A stretch of 64,000 nucleotides of DNA from Cyanobacteria bacterium J06626_4 (GCA_038523235.1 JBCBJQ010000001.1:32001-96000), one strand, 5' to 3'. Positions 23,936 through 35,625 are shown, counted from the stretch's first letter. The notes: a model not told the origin generated them from the letters alone. Made by a program: numbers and translations.

Positions 23936-26758
23936 TTACTCATCTTGGGTATTCTTATTTCTGACCAAGCCAGCCGGTTTAGCTTTACCGGCAATATTTA
24001 ACAAAATGCGGCTCATGATCCGGCCATCATCGAGTTTTTGCAAGCTAAACTCGCCACCGACCTGCTGCATCAGTGTTTTGCAAATGCTGAAGTGTAAACC
24101 AGGTGGCACATCCAACAGAGACGGCACCAACACATCATCAGGGCGACCATGTTTCAGGTCTTTGAGCAGTTGGCGGGGCACATCGCCATCATCGGTAATC
24201 GCCAGTTCCATAAAGGTGCGCTCTAGCGGACGACACCAGATATCTAAGCGGCCTTGTTCGGGCGATCGCCGACAGGCCGCCACCGTTAGCTCGTACAGCA
24301 CCAGCTCAATCTTCTCTAAATCACCCGAGATGATGACGTTGCTGTCGTTGTGCACTTTGGCCCAGAGCTGATGTTCTTGAATCAGCGGATTCACCCGCTC
24401 CATCAGCCGATTGATCAAACTAATCAGAGGCGTGGTTTGCTGATGATCGCGCAGCTCCCAGGTTTCATTGGTGAGCACGCTGCTAATGCCGCTAGTCAGA
24501 TTATTTAGCTGCCGCACCAGTTGCAGTTGCCGCTGGGCCGTCAGCCCTTTGCCTTGGGTGATCGGGTCACTCAGGCGCTCTAGACTCACCCCGAGTTGGC
24601 GATGCGCTTCATCCAGGCGTTTGTGCTTATACCAGTTCAGCGCTTCCAGGGATTCTTGACGGGCTAGCAGTAAGTCCAGAATACTCAAATGGCGACGCGA
24701 CCAAGCTAGCTGGTTGGACAACAGCGACATCAGACTTAAGTGGTGATCAGTCCACTTGCGATCGCGGCGATCGGCCACAATCCACACGCCACTGGGAGCA
24801 TGTTTATCAGAGGTCTTGAGGGCCACAATTAAAAACTTGCTCTCAGGCGGCCCCGAAATCCACTTCTGAGTTTCTTCTGGCAGATCTTCCCACGTGACTG
24901 GCAGTGGCCCATCAGTTTGTTGCGCCCAGCTAACGATGGCATCAGAACTTAGAGAAATCCGTGCTTGGCGATCAGCCCCAAAGTCAAGATGACGAGCAAT
25001 CACCCGACTGATGGTGCCCTGCAGCTCACCCACCTGCCAGGTGACTAAAACCACCAGAGAAGCATTGAGCAAATCGAGCAGATACTGACAGGCTGATTCC
25101 TCCAGTTTTTCTAGATGAGAAGTCTGCTGGAGGGTTCTCAACCCCCATTGAATCGAGCCGTAGAGGTCTTCTTGCTGATCATTTTGGCGCTGTAGCTGCC
25201 ACTGGTGCAGAATCAATCCGATTTGACGAGCAACTTTTTGCAGCAGCTGCGCATCTGCTTCGTCCCACTGACGTGGTGTTTGACTGGCTAAAATTACAAT
25301 TCCAGTGGGCGCACTCCCCGGCGTAATGTTGCAGGCCAGCAGCGCTTGAATATCGACCGCTTGGAAGTTTTCTCGCCAGGCCAGCAGTTTCAAATCGTTG
25401 GTCAAATCATTGATGGCGATCGCCGACTCGCTACTTTCCAGCATTTGCCAATCGACGGCATCTAAGGTAGGCCAAGCCATCGACAGCCGTTTACGCGAAG
25501 CCTGCATCTTGCGAAAAACAACCTGATACCCCCCGTGTTCAGCATCATGCTGCAGCACTAAAAACGGCTGAGCACCCAGCGTCTGATACAGATTTTCGGC
25601 ACAGAGCTCCAGACTTTTATACCAATCCGTCTCGTTTTGAATGCTGTGCACGAGCCCGGTCAACAGCTCAACCTCAGCCTCGGAGCGCTGTTGCATCTCC
25701 GCTACTGAGAGGCGCGACATCATGAGCCCGGCTAGACTAGCCACGGTTTTGAGATAGGTGCGGTTGGCTTCTGACCAAACCACTGGGGTATTGCTTTCAA
25801 CACTGACAAACCCGAGAAATGTGGAGTGCTCAAAAATCGGAGCCACCATCAGCGCATCGGCTTTGAGCAATTGCAAAAACTGGTTGGGCACATTGGCCGC
25901 GTTGGCACTTTGGGCGTCACCAATGGTCAAAGACTGCTGGGCGTTGAGCACCTGATAAATGCCGCGAATCTCGCTGATGCCAATCGTGAGTCCTGATGAT
26001 TTCGAGGTGTAGCGCTTCGCCGCCAGTGAAGATCGGCCTTGAATCATCAGCCGCTCCCAAAACTCAAACTTGATCGGATCTAACCAAAAAATTCGCACCC
26101 GGTCAGGATCAACGAACCGAAAGATCGACTGGGCGATCGTGGTTAACTGAGCATCTAGATCACTCGCCCCCTGCAGCTGATTCACCAAGCCCGAAACGGC
26201 AATGCCCGGATCTTTGCGTCGTTGGGTTTGCAGCGTTTGCTCACGCTTGTGCAACACATCTGCTAACGCACTGCAAATAGTCGAGATAAAGGTGCGATCG
26301 CTATTGCTGAGCATCTGGCCCCATTGGCTAGAGCCCATAATCAGCAAGCCGTGGCAAACGTCTCGCCGTCTCACCGGAAAAATCAGCGCCCCTTGAATTG
26401 AAAACTGCGTGGCCATGTCATTCCACGTCGCGATGCGCGACTCCACCCGTAGGTCGTTGATGACCAAGGGGCGCTGTTGAATCACCACCTGCTCCATCAA
26501 GTCGCCTGGCGCGAGTGAAAACGTGCTTTTAAGCGAGCGATGGGGCTTCGGCGCTAAATAGCCTTGACTGACGACTTGATGCTGCACCCGGTCATACAAA
26601 CCAAACCACAGGAGGCTGTAGTGCAGTTCCTCCTGCAGGTTTTCCAGTAAGGCAGACACCAGACTGTCGAGATCTTCTGTATCTCGCAGCAACTTTAGAA
26701 TTTTGGCTAAGGCTGCTAAACGTCTTTCAGGATTGGGACTGGGTAATGTCGAAACCAT
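23936..26758 (-). CDS. Multi-GAF domain protein with degenerate C-terminal HATPase-like domain
   Basis: Several GAF-like segments (LVINDL..ALIFPV..GLL; ALMVAPI..GFV; ALLACN..GIVIL..PRQW) and C-terminal ITDDG / PPGLHFSIC..L...GG. Start codon uncertain. Confidence 0.8.
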   Translation of the reverse strand: MVSTLPSPNPERRLAALAKILKLLRDTEDLDSLVSALLENLQEELHYSLLWFGLYDRVQHQVVSQGYLAPKPHRSLKSTFSLAPGDLMEQVVIQQRPLVINDLRVESRIATWNDMATQFSIQGALIFPVRRRDVCHGLLIMGSSQWGQMLSNSDRTFISTICSALADVLHKREQTLQTQRRKDPGIAVSGLVNQLQGASDLDAQLTTIAQSIFRFVDPDRVRIFWLDPIKFEFWERLMIQGRSSLAAKRYTSKSSGLTIGISEIRGIYQVLNAQQSLTIGDAQSANAANVPNQFLQLLKADALMVAPIFEHSTFLGFVSVESNTPVVWSEANRTYLKTVASLAGLMMSRLSVAEMQQRSEAEVELLTGLVHSIQNETDWYKSLELCAENLYQTLGAQPFLVLQHDAEHGGYQVVFRKMQASRKRLSMAWPTLDAVDWQMLESSESAIAINDLTNDLKLLAWRENFQAVDIQALLACNITPGSAPTGIVILASQTPRQWDEADAQLLQKVARQIGLILHQWQLQRQNDQQEDLYGSIQWGLRTLQQTSHLEKLEESACQYLLDLLNASLVVLVTWQVGELQGTISRVIARHLDFGADRQARISLSSDAIVSWAQQTDGPLPVTWEDLPEETQKWISGPPESKFLIVALKTSDKHAPSGVWIVADRRDRKWTDHHLSLMSLLSNQLAWSRRHLSILDLLLARQESLEALNWYKHKRLDEAHRQLGVSLERLSDPITQGKGLTAQRQLQLVRQLNNLTSGISSVLTNETWELRDHQQTTPLISLINRLMERVNPLIQEHQLWAKVHNDSNVIISGDLEKIELVLYELTVAACRRSPEQGRLDIWCRPLERTFMELAITDDGDVPRQLLKDLKHGRPDDVLVPSLLDVPPGLHFSICKTLMQQVGGEFSLQKLDDGRIMSRILLNIAGKAKPAGLVRNKNTQDE

Positions 26759-27416
26759 GACAGGTCTGTGGTTTTCGGGATTCAGAGAAGCATTCCAGCG
26801 AGACACTAGCAGGCCAGCAGAGGGAAGCTCAGATTAGAGATACCCTGGCTAGTCTATCGGGACGACTGCAGTGACGGACAAGACGTACAGGCATACTTAA
26901 ACCGTAGCGCCGACCGAGTGTAAAGACGGCTAAGTCCCCTAAGTCTATACCTGTTACACCAAATCGCCGTAGGTGTTTGTGTCGAGATATGCCATCTGTC
27001 TGGGAGACATACTGACACAATTCGGCCGCCGGCCCATGACAGGTCATCCTATGGTGTGCAGATAGTGAACGCTAGCAGCCTTACTGGTGTCACGCTGTCT
27101 TAACTACGGGTCATCCTGAAAACTCGGAGACTTCAGTTCGCCATCGACGGTATAAAGTCTTGCACTCAGCCAAGCCAAATCGGCTCAGCGCTCGAACTAC
27201 CTATTACAACGCAAGGTAAGGCATCCGCTCGCGTTTGTTAAGAGACTTCAAGATTCGGCCAGGGTTAGGGCATCGGTTAAGGGATTATGAGCTCGCCAAA
27301 ATAGCCCTGTTGTAATGAAAACTAGAACTGGTTTGCCGACGGCGACCTAATTTACGGCGAGGTGCGATCGCACTGTTGATATTGGCAATACGTCGATCTT
27401 GAGCTAAAAACTTAGG

Positions 27417-28004
27417 CTATCGCAGAGGAGTAAAGGTTCTCGAGACGACTTGCTCAAACATTTTACTATCAGAGAATATCGCAGAAAATAATTCTGGGAA
27501 GTCTTTTTTGATTTTCTTGTTCAAGCAATAATCTTTAACAAACAAAAAGAAGTCTTCTCCCATATCATATATCTTTTCATCGTCATCATTGACGGCAGTG
27601 ATCATGCACTTTTTATTTGGGTCTTCTTCTTTGGTAAAGAGAAAAAGAATTTGATCGTAAATTGCAAAGGGATAACTCTTGTCGAGAATAGAAACGCTAC
27701 TGGGCAAGTGCCCAAGGCTTTCTCTAAAGGCGTCAAGTATTTCTCTATGACTGGCTATATGCTCGTCTATATTATCAAAACTCGGAAAGGCTAGGATCAG
27801 AATCCATTTATTTCCGAAGCGTCCTGAACCAAATGTTTGACAAAATAGTCTAAAATCTTCTGGAAATGGAAATTGCGTTTTATGTTTAAATTCGAGAAAA
27901 TCCTCAAAGGAACAAGTTGCCCAGGAAGAATTGTTTTCAACAGGCTGTTCAGATGAAACTATTTTCACCTGTGATAGCAGCGCCTTCCATTTCTTTGATT
28001 TCAT
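27417..28004 (-). CDS. SMI1/KNR4 (SUKH)-family-like protein
   Basis: F..K..F.FPEDFR.FCQ.FGSG.F motif and C-terminal DFFLFVKDYCL; AT-rich. Confidence 0.65.
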   Translation of the reverse strand: MKSKKWKALLSQVKIVSSEQPVENNSSWATCSFEDFLEFKHKTQFPFPEDFRLFCQTFGSGRFGNKWILILAFPSFDNIDEHIASHREILDAFRESLGHLPSSVSILDKSYPFAIYDQILFLFTKEEDPNKKCMITAVNDDDEKIYDMGEDFFLFVKDYCLNKKIKKDFPELFSAIFSDSKMFEQVVSRTFTPLR

Positions 28005-28216
28005 TGTTTGAGAGAGTTACAAATGCCGCAGTCAGAAAGTGGGCTGGGCACTCTACAGTTCTTGAATTTACTTCTCAAATTCTAAATTTCAACAGATTCT
28101 CTGAGAAGAGTGCAGCTCTACAACCCTGAGCACGGATATCAAGCGCCCGCTCACCATCGGAGCTACCCCTGAGCGCTACCCTAAACTCTAGACAGCAGCA
28201 GTGAGGACGCAAACGC

Positions 28217-29380
28217 ATGGTCGATTGGTATCAGCAGGGGGTGAGGCCGCTGTTGTTTCACGGGGTTAAGCTCGACCCAGAATGGCTGCATCAACAGACC
28301 CTAAGTCTGCTGGCTAAGGTGGCCGATACCCAATCCCCAACGGCGGCAAATTGGTCACTACCCCAGCGGTGGTTGCGCGATCACTGCCAATTTACCGATG
28401 CGCGCCTCTCGCAATCACTGTGGCATATGACCTTTGCTAACCCCATGGGTTTGGCCGCTGGGTTTGACAAAGATGGCCTGGCTGCTGCATCTTGGTCTCT
28501 CATGGGCTTTGGCTTTGCCGAACTGGGCACGGTCACACGACACCCTCAACCAGGCAATGCATCCCCTCGTCTGTTTCGGCTGCCAAAAGATCAGGCAGCG
28601 ATTAACCGCATGGGTTTCAACAATCAGGGGGCCGAGCAGCTAGCGAAGCGGCTGCAGCGGCTTTGGCAGCGACAGTCAGCCGTGATTCCGATCGGCATCA
28701 ACTTGGGCAAATCGAAAATTACGCCGCTCGACCAAGCCGTCGAAGACTATATCCACAGCTTTTGTCTGTTGAAAGATTTGGGCGACTACTTTGTGGTGAA
28801 CGTGTCGTCGCCGAATACCCCCGGTCTGCGATCGCTTCAGGCGAAGGAGAACCTGGCTCCCATCTTGGCCGCGCTGCAGGCCGAAAACACCGCCAGCAAG
28901 CCGCTCTTGGTCAAGATTTCCCCTGATTTAGAGTGGCCTGCGATCGCGGAAGTGCTTGAACTGGCCAACACTTACGATCTATCAGGCATTATTGCCACCA
29001 ACACGACTATCGCGCGCGCGGGACTCAAAACGGAACGCCTGCTCGCCACTGGTAATCGAGTAGTCGAAGAGCCTGGCGGTCTCAGTGGGGCTCCCCTGCG
29101 AGATCGGGCCACTGCCGTCATTCAGTTCTTACATCGTGAGAGCCAGGGACAAATTCCGATTATTGGCGTAGGGGGAATTTTTACCGCCGAGGACGCCTGG
29201 GCAAAGTTGAATGCGGGAGCGACCCTGTTACAGGTGTATACCGGCTGGATTTACGGCGGCCCCGAAATGGTGCGGCGCATCCTGCAGGGGCTGGTGCAGC
29301 AGCTTGAGTATCATCAAGCTGAGACGATTCAAACCGTGATCGGGCAAAATCTACCCTTCATCACTGCCGCCGATGCATAA
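28217..29380 (+). CDS. pyrD: Quinone-dependent dihydroorotate dehydrogenase
   Basis: GLAAGFDKD, INRMGFNN.G, VNVSSPNTPGLR, KISPD, GGLSGAPL. Confidence 0.95.
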   Translation: MVDWYQQGVRPLLFHGVKLDPEWLHQQTLSLLAKVADTQSPTAANWSLPQRWLRDHCQFTDARLSQSLWHMTFANPMGLAAGFDKDGLAAASWSLMGFGFAELGTVTRHPQPGNASPRLFRLPKDQAAINRMGFNNQGAEQLAKRLQRLWQRQSAVIPIGINLGKSKITPLDQAVEDYIHSFCLLKDLGDYFVVNVSSPNTPGLRSLQAKENLAPILAALQAENTASKPLLVKISPDLEWPAIAEVLELANTYDLSGIIATNTTIARAGLKTERLLATGNRVVEEPGGLSGAPLRDRATAVIQFLHRESQGQIPIIGVGGIFTAEDAWAKLNAGATLLQVYTGWIYGGPEMVRRILQGLVQQLEYHQAETIQTVIGQNLPFITAADA

Positions 29381-29546
29381 CGGCACCGTGCCAATGTCTT
29401 AACCCAGCGACAGCTCCAACCCTGCACGCCGAAGACACCGCCCCTTAAACTCAGAGACGGCAAACCGCAGTTGGCTCAAGACATCTCCGACTGTCGCAAT
29501 CGCGCTTTGACCAGCATCGCTATTCTGACGGCTGAATTCTGCCACC

Positions 29547-29918
29547 TCAGCTGGCGTAAATAGTTTCATCGGCGGCTTGCCAAGCCGGATCAACAATACA
29601 GATAAACACCAACGGTTCACTACCCGTATTGTGGATAAACTGACGGGCATTGGGGGGAATGTAAATGGCATCTCCTGGCCCCACCGCTTGCACTTCGTCG
29701 TTGATGTGCATTTCACCTTGTCCGCTGAGGAGGTAGTACACCTCTGATGTCTTTAGGGCGTGATCAATCGAAGTTTGGCCCACCGGTACGACGGCATGAG
29801 CCAAGCTATAGCGCAGCTCAAGCGGCTGTTTATCAGGATGCAGCAGCTCTCGCAGCTGAGTGTGATCGCCGGCGACAAACATTTCACAGTCTTGCAAGCG
29901 TCTGACTAACATGAGCAT
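29547..29918 (-). CDS. Cupin domain protein
   Basis: H.L..SEVYYLLSGQG.M, PGDAIYIPP...Q.I.NTG. Confidence 0.85.
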   Translation of the reverse strand: MLMLVRRLQDCEMFVAGDHTQLRELLHPDKQPLELRYSLAHAVVPVGQTSIDHALKTSEVYYLLSGQGEMHINDEVQAVGPGDAIYIPPNARQFIHNTGSEPLVFICIVDPAWQAADETIYAS

Positions 29919-30015
29919 GGCGCATCCAGAGGACGCAATAGGGGACAAACAGCAACGCCCTTCGCCAGCGTGAAGCGGCGACACTAGGCCAATAACTGTA
30001 AAAATATTGTCGTGC

Positions 30016-30333
30016 CTAGGGCGACGATTTGGGCCACTCTAGCTGGGCTGACTCAAAATCACGACAGGCGATCGCCGCTTCTGAGAGGGCTTCTTTGGGA
30101 TGTAGAGGACATTTAAGCAGATAACTGCCCGAAAAATACTGACAGTCCGCACAGGGAATCTGATGCATGCGCTGTGCTCGTTTGACGCCATCGCGCATTG
30201 CCGCCCACACACTCCAGCTGCCAGCAATCAGCGTTGCCCAAGCAATCACAAAGCAGAGCGGCACCAAAACAGGCTGAATCCCTTCGACCAGCTTGTGAGC
30301 AATGACGTATACCAGCTGAAAGAGACTATACAT
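30016..30333 (-). CDS. Small membrane protein with Cys-rich C-terminus
   Basis: One predicted TM segment, then IPCADCQYF..LKCPLHP..ACRDF. Confidence 0.75.
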   Translation of the reverse strand: MYSLFQLVYVIAHKLVEGIQPVLVPLCFVIAWATLIAGSWSVWAAMRDGVKRAQRMHQIPCADCQYFSGSYLLKCPLHPKEALSEAAIACRDFESAQLEWPKSSP

Positions 30334-30673
30334 AACGCCAGCAGTCCAAAATCTGCAGTTACCCTATCAACCCTAGCCCATTCTGATGAAGTCGATAGAT
30401 ATAAATCTATAGAAGCACGTTGATTTTTGTGACCCAGCGGCTTCTCAACCGGCAATGAGCAACCTCATGCTTTGATTGAGCGATCGCGTCAGGCCAGTTC
30501 GATCTCATCAGTCAACGTAAGAATACTTTTCAGCTGTGGCATCAGTTCGAGCATCCCGACGTGTTCTACAGGGTTGGTCTCGGGTGTTGCGATCGAGGAC
30601 ATTGGCATGGAGACTCACACTACCGTTGACTGATCGAGCAAAGAACCTCAGCCTCGGCAAGTAACAAAACTTG

Positions 30674-30720
30674 AAAAAACGAAAAGCTGACTGCCCAAAA
30701 TCTTGAACAGTCAGCTTTTC
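30674..30720 (-). terminator. Rho-independent terminator of psaC
   Basis: GAAAAGCTGACTG (30681-93) / CAGTCAGCTTTTC (30708-20) inverted repeat followed by a T-run on the minus strand. Confidence 0.8.
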
Positions 30721-30737
30721 TGGTTTTGACGAATTGA

Positions 30738-31100
<363 letters not shown>

Positions 31101-31728
31101 CTAAGGGGTCTGTTTTCACCAACTCAGCGTAACCCCACAAAAATTTATGGAATGTAATATTGCCAAAATCGGCGATCGCCTGTGTCATGAGGTGCGATCG
31201 CTCTGTCCTCAAGTTGTAATAAGCCTCTGATTGCGGATCCACAGTCATTAGGGCAGGGCTGGGACCTAGAGGCCGAAGAACCTTTGGGTCAATAGGTTTA
31301 GGGCATACGGTGATTGCGTAGAGCGTTCTCTTCGACATCCAAAGTTCAGGTCAAGTAGCGACTGGCCACAGTCTCATTGAGGGGGGGGCTGCGAGGGGTT
31401 GGTATTGAGTAAATTCTTGCGCTTTCATAGAGGACTTGCCCCGCTGTCTCAGGCAGAGTTAGCCTGCCCCCAGCGATCACACGGTCGGCATCAGCACCGC
31501 GATCGAATGCTCTCTTTAGGAAGACATTCCGAATTGATGGACAACATTATTTTGCGGGCTGTCTATCAAGCTGACCTGACCCGGCAAAAAAATCCTCCCC
31601 GAGTCAATGCACGCTTTCCGATAAGATTTAGGGATGCCTAAAACTAAAACTTCTGGCTTGATTTTGAGTCGCACTCGTGGTTTAGGTTTTAGAGGTGTTT
31701 GTTGTGATAACTGAAAAGGGACTGAATT

Positions 31729-31974
31729 ATGAGTCAAGAAGCGGTGTTTGATAAGGTTCAAAAAATTGTCGCTGAGCAGCTCGGAGTCGACGAAGGTGAA
31801 GTCAAGCCAGAGGCCAGCTTCGCGAACGACTTAGGCGCAGATTCTTTGGATACCGTTGAGCTTGTCATGGCCCTCGAAGAAGAATTTGATATTGAAATTC
31901 CGGATGAAGCGGCGGAAGGGATCGGCACAGTGCAAGCCGCCGTAGACTTTATCAAAGAGAAGAAAGCGGCGTAA
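31729..31974 (+). CDS. acpP: Acyl carrier protein
   Basis: [20 protein letters not shown]. Confidence 0.98.
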   Translation: MSQEAVFDKVQKIVAEQLGVDEGEVKPEASFANDLGADSLDTVELVMALEEEFDIEIPDEAAEGIGTVQAAVDFIKEKKAA

Positions 31975-32001
31975 CGGCGCTGGTTTGAGACAGGTTGTAA
32001 C

Positions 32002-32035
32002 GCAGATACTCAGAGCGTTAGGAACGGGTATCTGC
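32002..32035 (+). other. Intercistronic stem-loop between acpP and fabF
   Basis: GCAGATACTC pairs with GGGTATCTGC (one G-U); no U-tract. Confidence 0.5.
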
Positions 32036-32049
32036 TCTGTAGGTGAGCT

Positions 32050-33303
32050 ATGACAGAGTTAGAGAAAAAGCGTGTTGTCATTACCGGCTTGGGGGCGATC
32101 ACGCCCATCGGCAACGATCTAGCAAGCTATTGGCAAGGGCTATTGGCAGGGCGATCAGGCGTCGGCCCCATCACCCATTTTGATGCAGCACAGCATGTGA
32201 CCCGCATTGCCGCTGAGGTCAAAGGGTTTGACCCGCTGCAATACATGGATCGTAAAGATGCCAAGCGGATGGATCGCTTCGCGCAGTTTGCTGTCGCCAC
32301 CAGTCAACAAGCTCTGGCCGATGCTCAACTCGAAATTACCGCCCTCAACGCCGAACAAATTGGCGTCATGATTGGCACTGGTGTCGGCGGGCTCAAGATT
32401 ATGGAGGAGCAGCAGGCTGTCTATCTTAACCGCGGCCCCAGTCGCTGCAGTCCCTTCATGGTGCCGATGATGATTGCCAACATGGCGGCAGGGCTAACCG
32501 CGATTCATACGGGCGCTCAAGGGCCGAACTCCTGTCCAGTCACGGCCTGTGCTGCCGGTTCCAATGCCATTGGTGATGCCTTCCGGCTGGTGCAGCAGGG
32601 CTATGCCCAGGCCATGATCTGTGGCGGTACAGAAGCGGCTGTGACGCCCTTATCAGTGGCCGGTTTTGGCTCGGCTCGGGCGCTGTCAACCCGCAATGAC
32701 GAGCCGCAAATTGCCAGCCGTCCCTTTGATCGCGATCGCGACGGTTTTGTCATCGGCGAAGGCTGCGGCATTCTGATTCTCGAAGCGCTAGACCATGCGT
32801 TGAGTCGTGGGGCGCGCATCTATGCCGAAATCACTGGCTATGGCATGACCTGCGACGCTTACCACATGACGGCACCGGTGCCCGGCGGGGCGGGTGCGGC
32901 CCGCTGCATTCAGCTAGCGCTGAAGGATGCTGGCGTCACACCTGACCAGGTCAGCTACATTAACGCCCACGGCACTAGCACCCCGGCTAACGACCCAACC
33001 GAAACCCAAGCCATTAAAACGGCCTTGGGTGACGCGGCCGCCAAAATTCCCGTCAGCTCAACTAAGTCAATGACCGGTCATCTCCTCGGCGGCTCCGGTG
33101 GCATTGAAGGCGTAGCGGCAACGATGGTGGTCAATCAAGACCAGGTGCCGCCCACCATCAATTTGGATAACCCCGACGAAAACTGCGATCTCGACTACGT
33201 TCCCAACCAGTCGCGATCGCTGCCCGTTGACGTGACCCTCTCCAATTCGTTTGGGTTTGGTGGCCACAATGTCACTCTAGTTTTTCAGAAGTACCGTAGC
33301 TGA
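32050..33303 (+). CDS. fabF: Beta-ketoacyl-ACP synthase II
   Basis: TACAAG, NAHGTST, TGHLLG, SNSFGFGGHN. Confidence 0.96.
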   Translation: MTELEKKRVVITGLGAITPIGNDLASYWQGLLAGRSGVGPITHFDAAQHVTRIAAEVKGFDPLQYMDRKDAKRMDRFAQFAVATSQQALADAQLEITALNAEQIGVMIGTGVGGLKIMEEQQAVYLNRGPSRCSPFMVPMMIANMAAGLTAIHTGAQGPNSCPVTACAAGSNAIGDAFRLVQQGYAQAMICGGTEAAVTPLSVAGFGSARALSTRNDEPQIASRPFDRDRDGFVIGEGCGILILEALDHALSRGARIYAEITGYGMTCDAYHMTAPVPGGAGAARCIQLALKDAGVTPDQVSYINAHGTSTPANDPTETQAIKTALGDAAAKIPVSSTKSMTGHLLGGSGGIEGVAATMVVNQDQVPPTINLDNPDENCDLDYVPNQSRSLPVDVTLSNSFGFGGHNVTLVFQKYRS

Positions 33304-33581
33304 CGCTACCATTTGATAGGTATAATGACTTACTAGAAGTTGTTCAAAATTTAATCCTGCGGGTAGCCATCTGCTGCTGATCCCCGGTGAGCCGTTGAAG
33401 TCCGAGCGTCCCAGTCCCCATAAAGGACAGTTAGACAGCTTGTTAGACAACTGCGTCAATGGGATGATGAGCGTATTAGAAGTCCGTTTGATTGCGTGGG
33501 CCTGAGTCTGTGCACCAGTGGGTTGTTCTAAGCAGGCATGAGTCCCAGGTATTTGCTGTCCCGTCGTTGAGTAATAGGTCT

Positions 33582-35588
33582 ATGGTTGTCGCATCCCAAT
33601 CTTTAGAGGCGCTTTGCGTTAATTCGATTCGTTTTTTGGCTATTGATGCTGTTCAGAAGGCAAACTCGGGTCACCCTGGCTTGCCGATGGGGGCAGCGCC
33701 CATGGCCTATGTGCTGTGGGACAAGATGATGCGGTTCAATCCGAAAAACCCCCAGTGGTTTAACCGCGATCGCTTCGTTTTGTCAGCAGGACACGGCTGC
33801 ATGCTGCAGTACGCGCTGCTGTATCTCAGCGGCTACGATAGCGTCTCTCTGGACGACATAAAACAGTTTCGCCAGTGGGAATCGACCACCCCAGGTCACC
33901 CCGAAAACTTTGAAACCCCCGGTATTGAAGTGACCACCGGGCCGCTGGGCCAGGGCATCTGTAACGGCGTCGGCTTGGCTATTGCCGAGGCCCACTTAGC
34001 CAGCCGCTTCAACAAATCGGATGCCACCATTGTTGACCATTACACCTATGTGATCTTGGGCGATGGCTGCAATATGGAAGGTGTCTCCGGTGAAGCTTGC
34101 TCCTTGGCGGGACACTTGGGCTTGGGCAAACTGATTGCCCTGTATGACGACAATCATATTTCGATTGATGGTTCCACTGACATTGCCTTCACAGAAGATG
34201 TGTCGAAGCGCTTTGAGGCCTATGGCTGGCATGTTTTACATGTCGAAAACGGCAACACCGATTTAGACGCCATTGAAAAGGCGATCTCTGACGCAAAAGC
34301 GGTCACCGACCAGCCGACCATGATTAAGGTGACGACGACTATTGGGTATGGCTCTCCCAACATGGCTGATACCTCGGGCGTTCACGGGTCGCCTTTGGGC
34401 GGCGACGAAATCAACCTCACCCGCGAATCGCTAGGCTGGAGCTATGGTGACTTTGAAGTGCCGGAAGATGCCCTCAGTCATATGCGTCAGGCGGTTGAGC
34501 GCGGCGCTAGCTACCAAGCAGAATGGGAAGAAGCCTTGGCCGCCTATCGTACTCAATATCCTGAGGATGCCGCTCTGTTTGAGCGGATGCTGTCGGGCCA
34601 ACTGCCGGAAAACTGGGCCGACGCGCTCCCAACCTATTCTCCCGAGGGTAAGGCGATCGCAACGCGCAAAACTTCTGAAGCCACCCTCAATGCCTTGGCT
34701 CCGGCTGTGCCTGAACTGGTTGGCGGCTCGGCTGATTTAGCTAAATCGAACAACACCTTGATGACGCTGTCGGGCGACTTTCAAAAGGGCGCTTACGAAA
34801 ACCGCAACATTCGTTTCGGGGTGCGTGAGCATGGCATGGCGGCGATTTGTAACGGCATTGCCCTGCACAACTCTGGCTTAATTCCTTACTGCGCTACCTT
34901 CTTGGTCTTTGCTGACTACATGCGGGCGGCCATTCGGCTTTCCGCGCTGTCACAGGCGGGCGTCATCTACGTGTTGACCCACGACTCCGTCGGTTTGGGC
35001 GAAGACGGCCCCACCCACCAGCCGGTGGAAACGATTGCCTCGCTGCGGGCAATCCCTAACCTCACGGTGATTCGTCCGGCCGATGGCAACGAGACCTCGG
35101 GCGCTTACAAAGTGGCGATCGCCAACCGTAAGACGCCGACTCTATTGGCCTTCTCTCGTCAAGCCTTGCCCCAGACGGTGGGCAGCTCGATCGATGGCGT
35201 GGCCAAAGGCGCTTATATCATCTCTGATGGTACCGGCACGCCCGATGTCATTCTCATCGGTACGGGCAGCGAGCTCGAGCTGTGTGTCAAGGCTGCAGAG
35301 CAGTTGACTGCCGCTGGCAAGCAAGTACGCGTAGTTTCTATGCCGTCTTGGGAACTGTTTGATGCTCAAGATGACGACTACCGGGAATCGGTATTGCCCA
35401 AAGCGGTGACTCAGCGCCTCGCTGTGGAAGCCGGTATCTCTATGGGCTGGTGCCGCTACGTTGGCAGTGCCGGTGATGTCATCAGCATTGAGCGTTTCGG
35501 TGCTTCTGCGCCGGGCAAAACCGTGTTAGAAAAGTTTGGCTATACCGTTGAAAATGTGGTGGCTCGCGCCAACGCACTGATGGGGTAA
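33582..35588 (+). CDS. tkt: Transketolase
   Basis: [46 protein letters not shown]. Confidence 0.97.
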   Translation: MVVASQSLEALCVNSIRFLAIDAVQKANSGHPGLPMGAAPMAYVLWDKMMRFNPKNPQWFNRDRFVLSAGHGCMLQYALLYLSGYDSVSLDDIKQFRQWESTTPGHPENFETPGIEVTTGPLGQGICNGVGLAIAEAHLASRFNKSDATIVDHYTYVILGDGCNMEGVSGEACSLAGHLGLGKLIALYDDNHISIDGSTDIAFTEDVSKRFEAYGWHVLHVENGNTDLDAIEKAISDAKAVTDQPTMIKVTTTIGYGSPNMADTSGVHGSPLGGDEINLTRESLGWSYGDFEVPEDALSHMRQAVERGASYQAEWEEALAAYRTQYPEDAALFERMLSGQLPENWADALPTYSPEGKAIATRKTSEATLNALAPAVPELVGGSADLAKSNNTLMTLSGDFQKGAYENRNIRFGVREHGMAAICNGIALHNSGLIPYCATFLVFADYMRAAIRLSALSQAGVIYVLTHDSVGLGEDGPTHQPVETIASLRAIPNLTVIRPADGNETSGAYKVAIANRKTPTLLAFSRQALPQTVGSSIDGVAKGAYIISDGTGTPDVILIGTGSELELCVKAAEQLTAAGKQVRVVSMPSWELFDAQDDDYRESVLPKAVTQRLAVEAGISMGWCRYVGSAGDVISIERFGASAPGKTVLEKFGYTVENVVARANALMG

Positions 35589-35625
35589 TGGGACAAATCA
35601 GTCCACACTGATGGGTTGATCCTGT

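Noticed and set aside
26807..27416. Long non-coding gap as a possible array or ncRNA
   Set aside because: No repeats, strong hairpins or credible ORF found by eye.
31141..31160. HLR1 (RpaB)-like motif upstream of psaC
   Set aside because: Only one half-site (ATTACATT on the minus strand) fits well; plausible but not supportable by eye.
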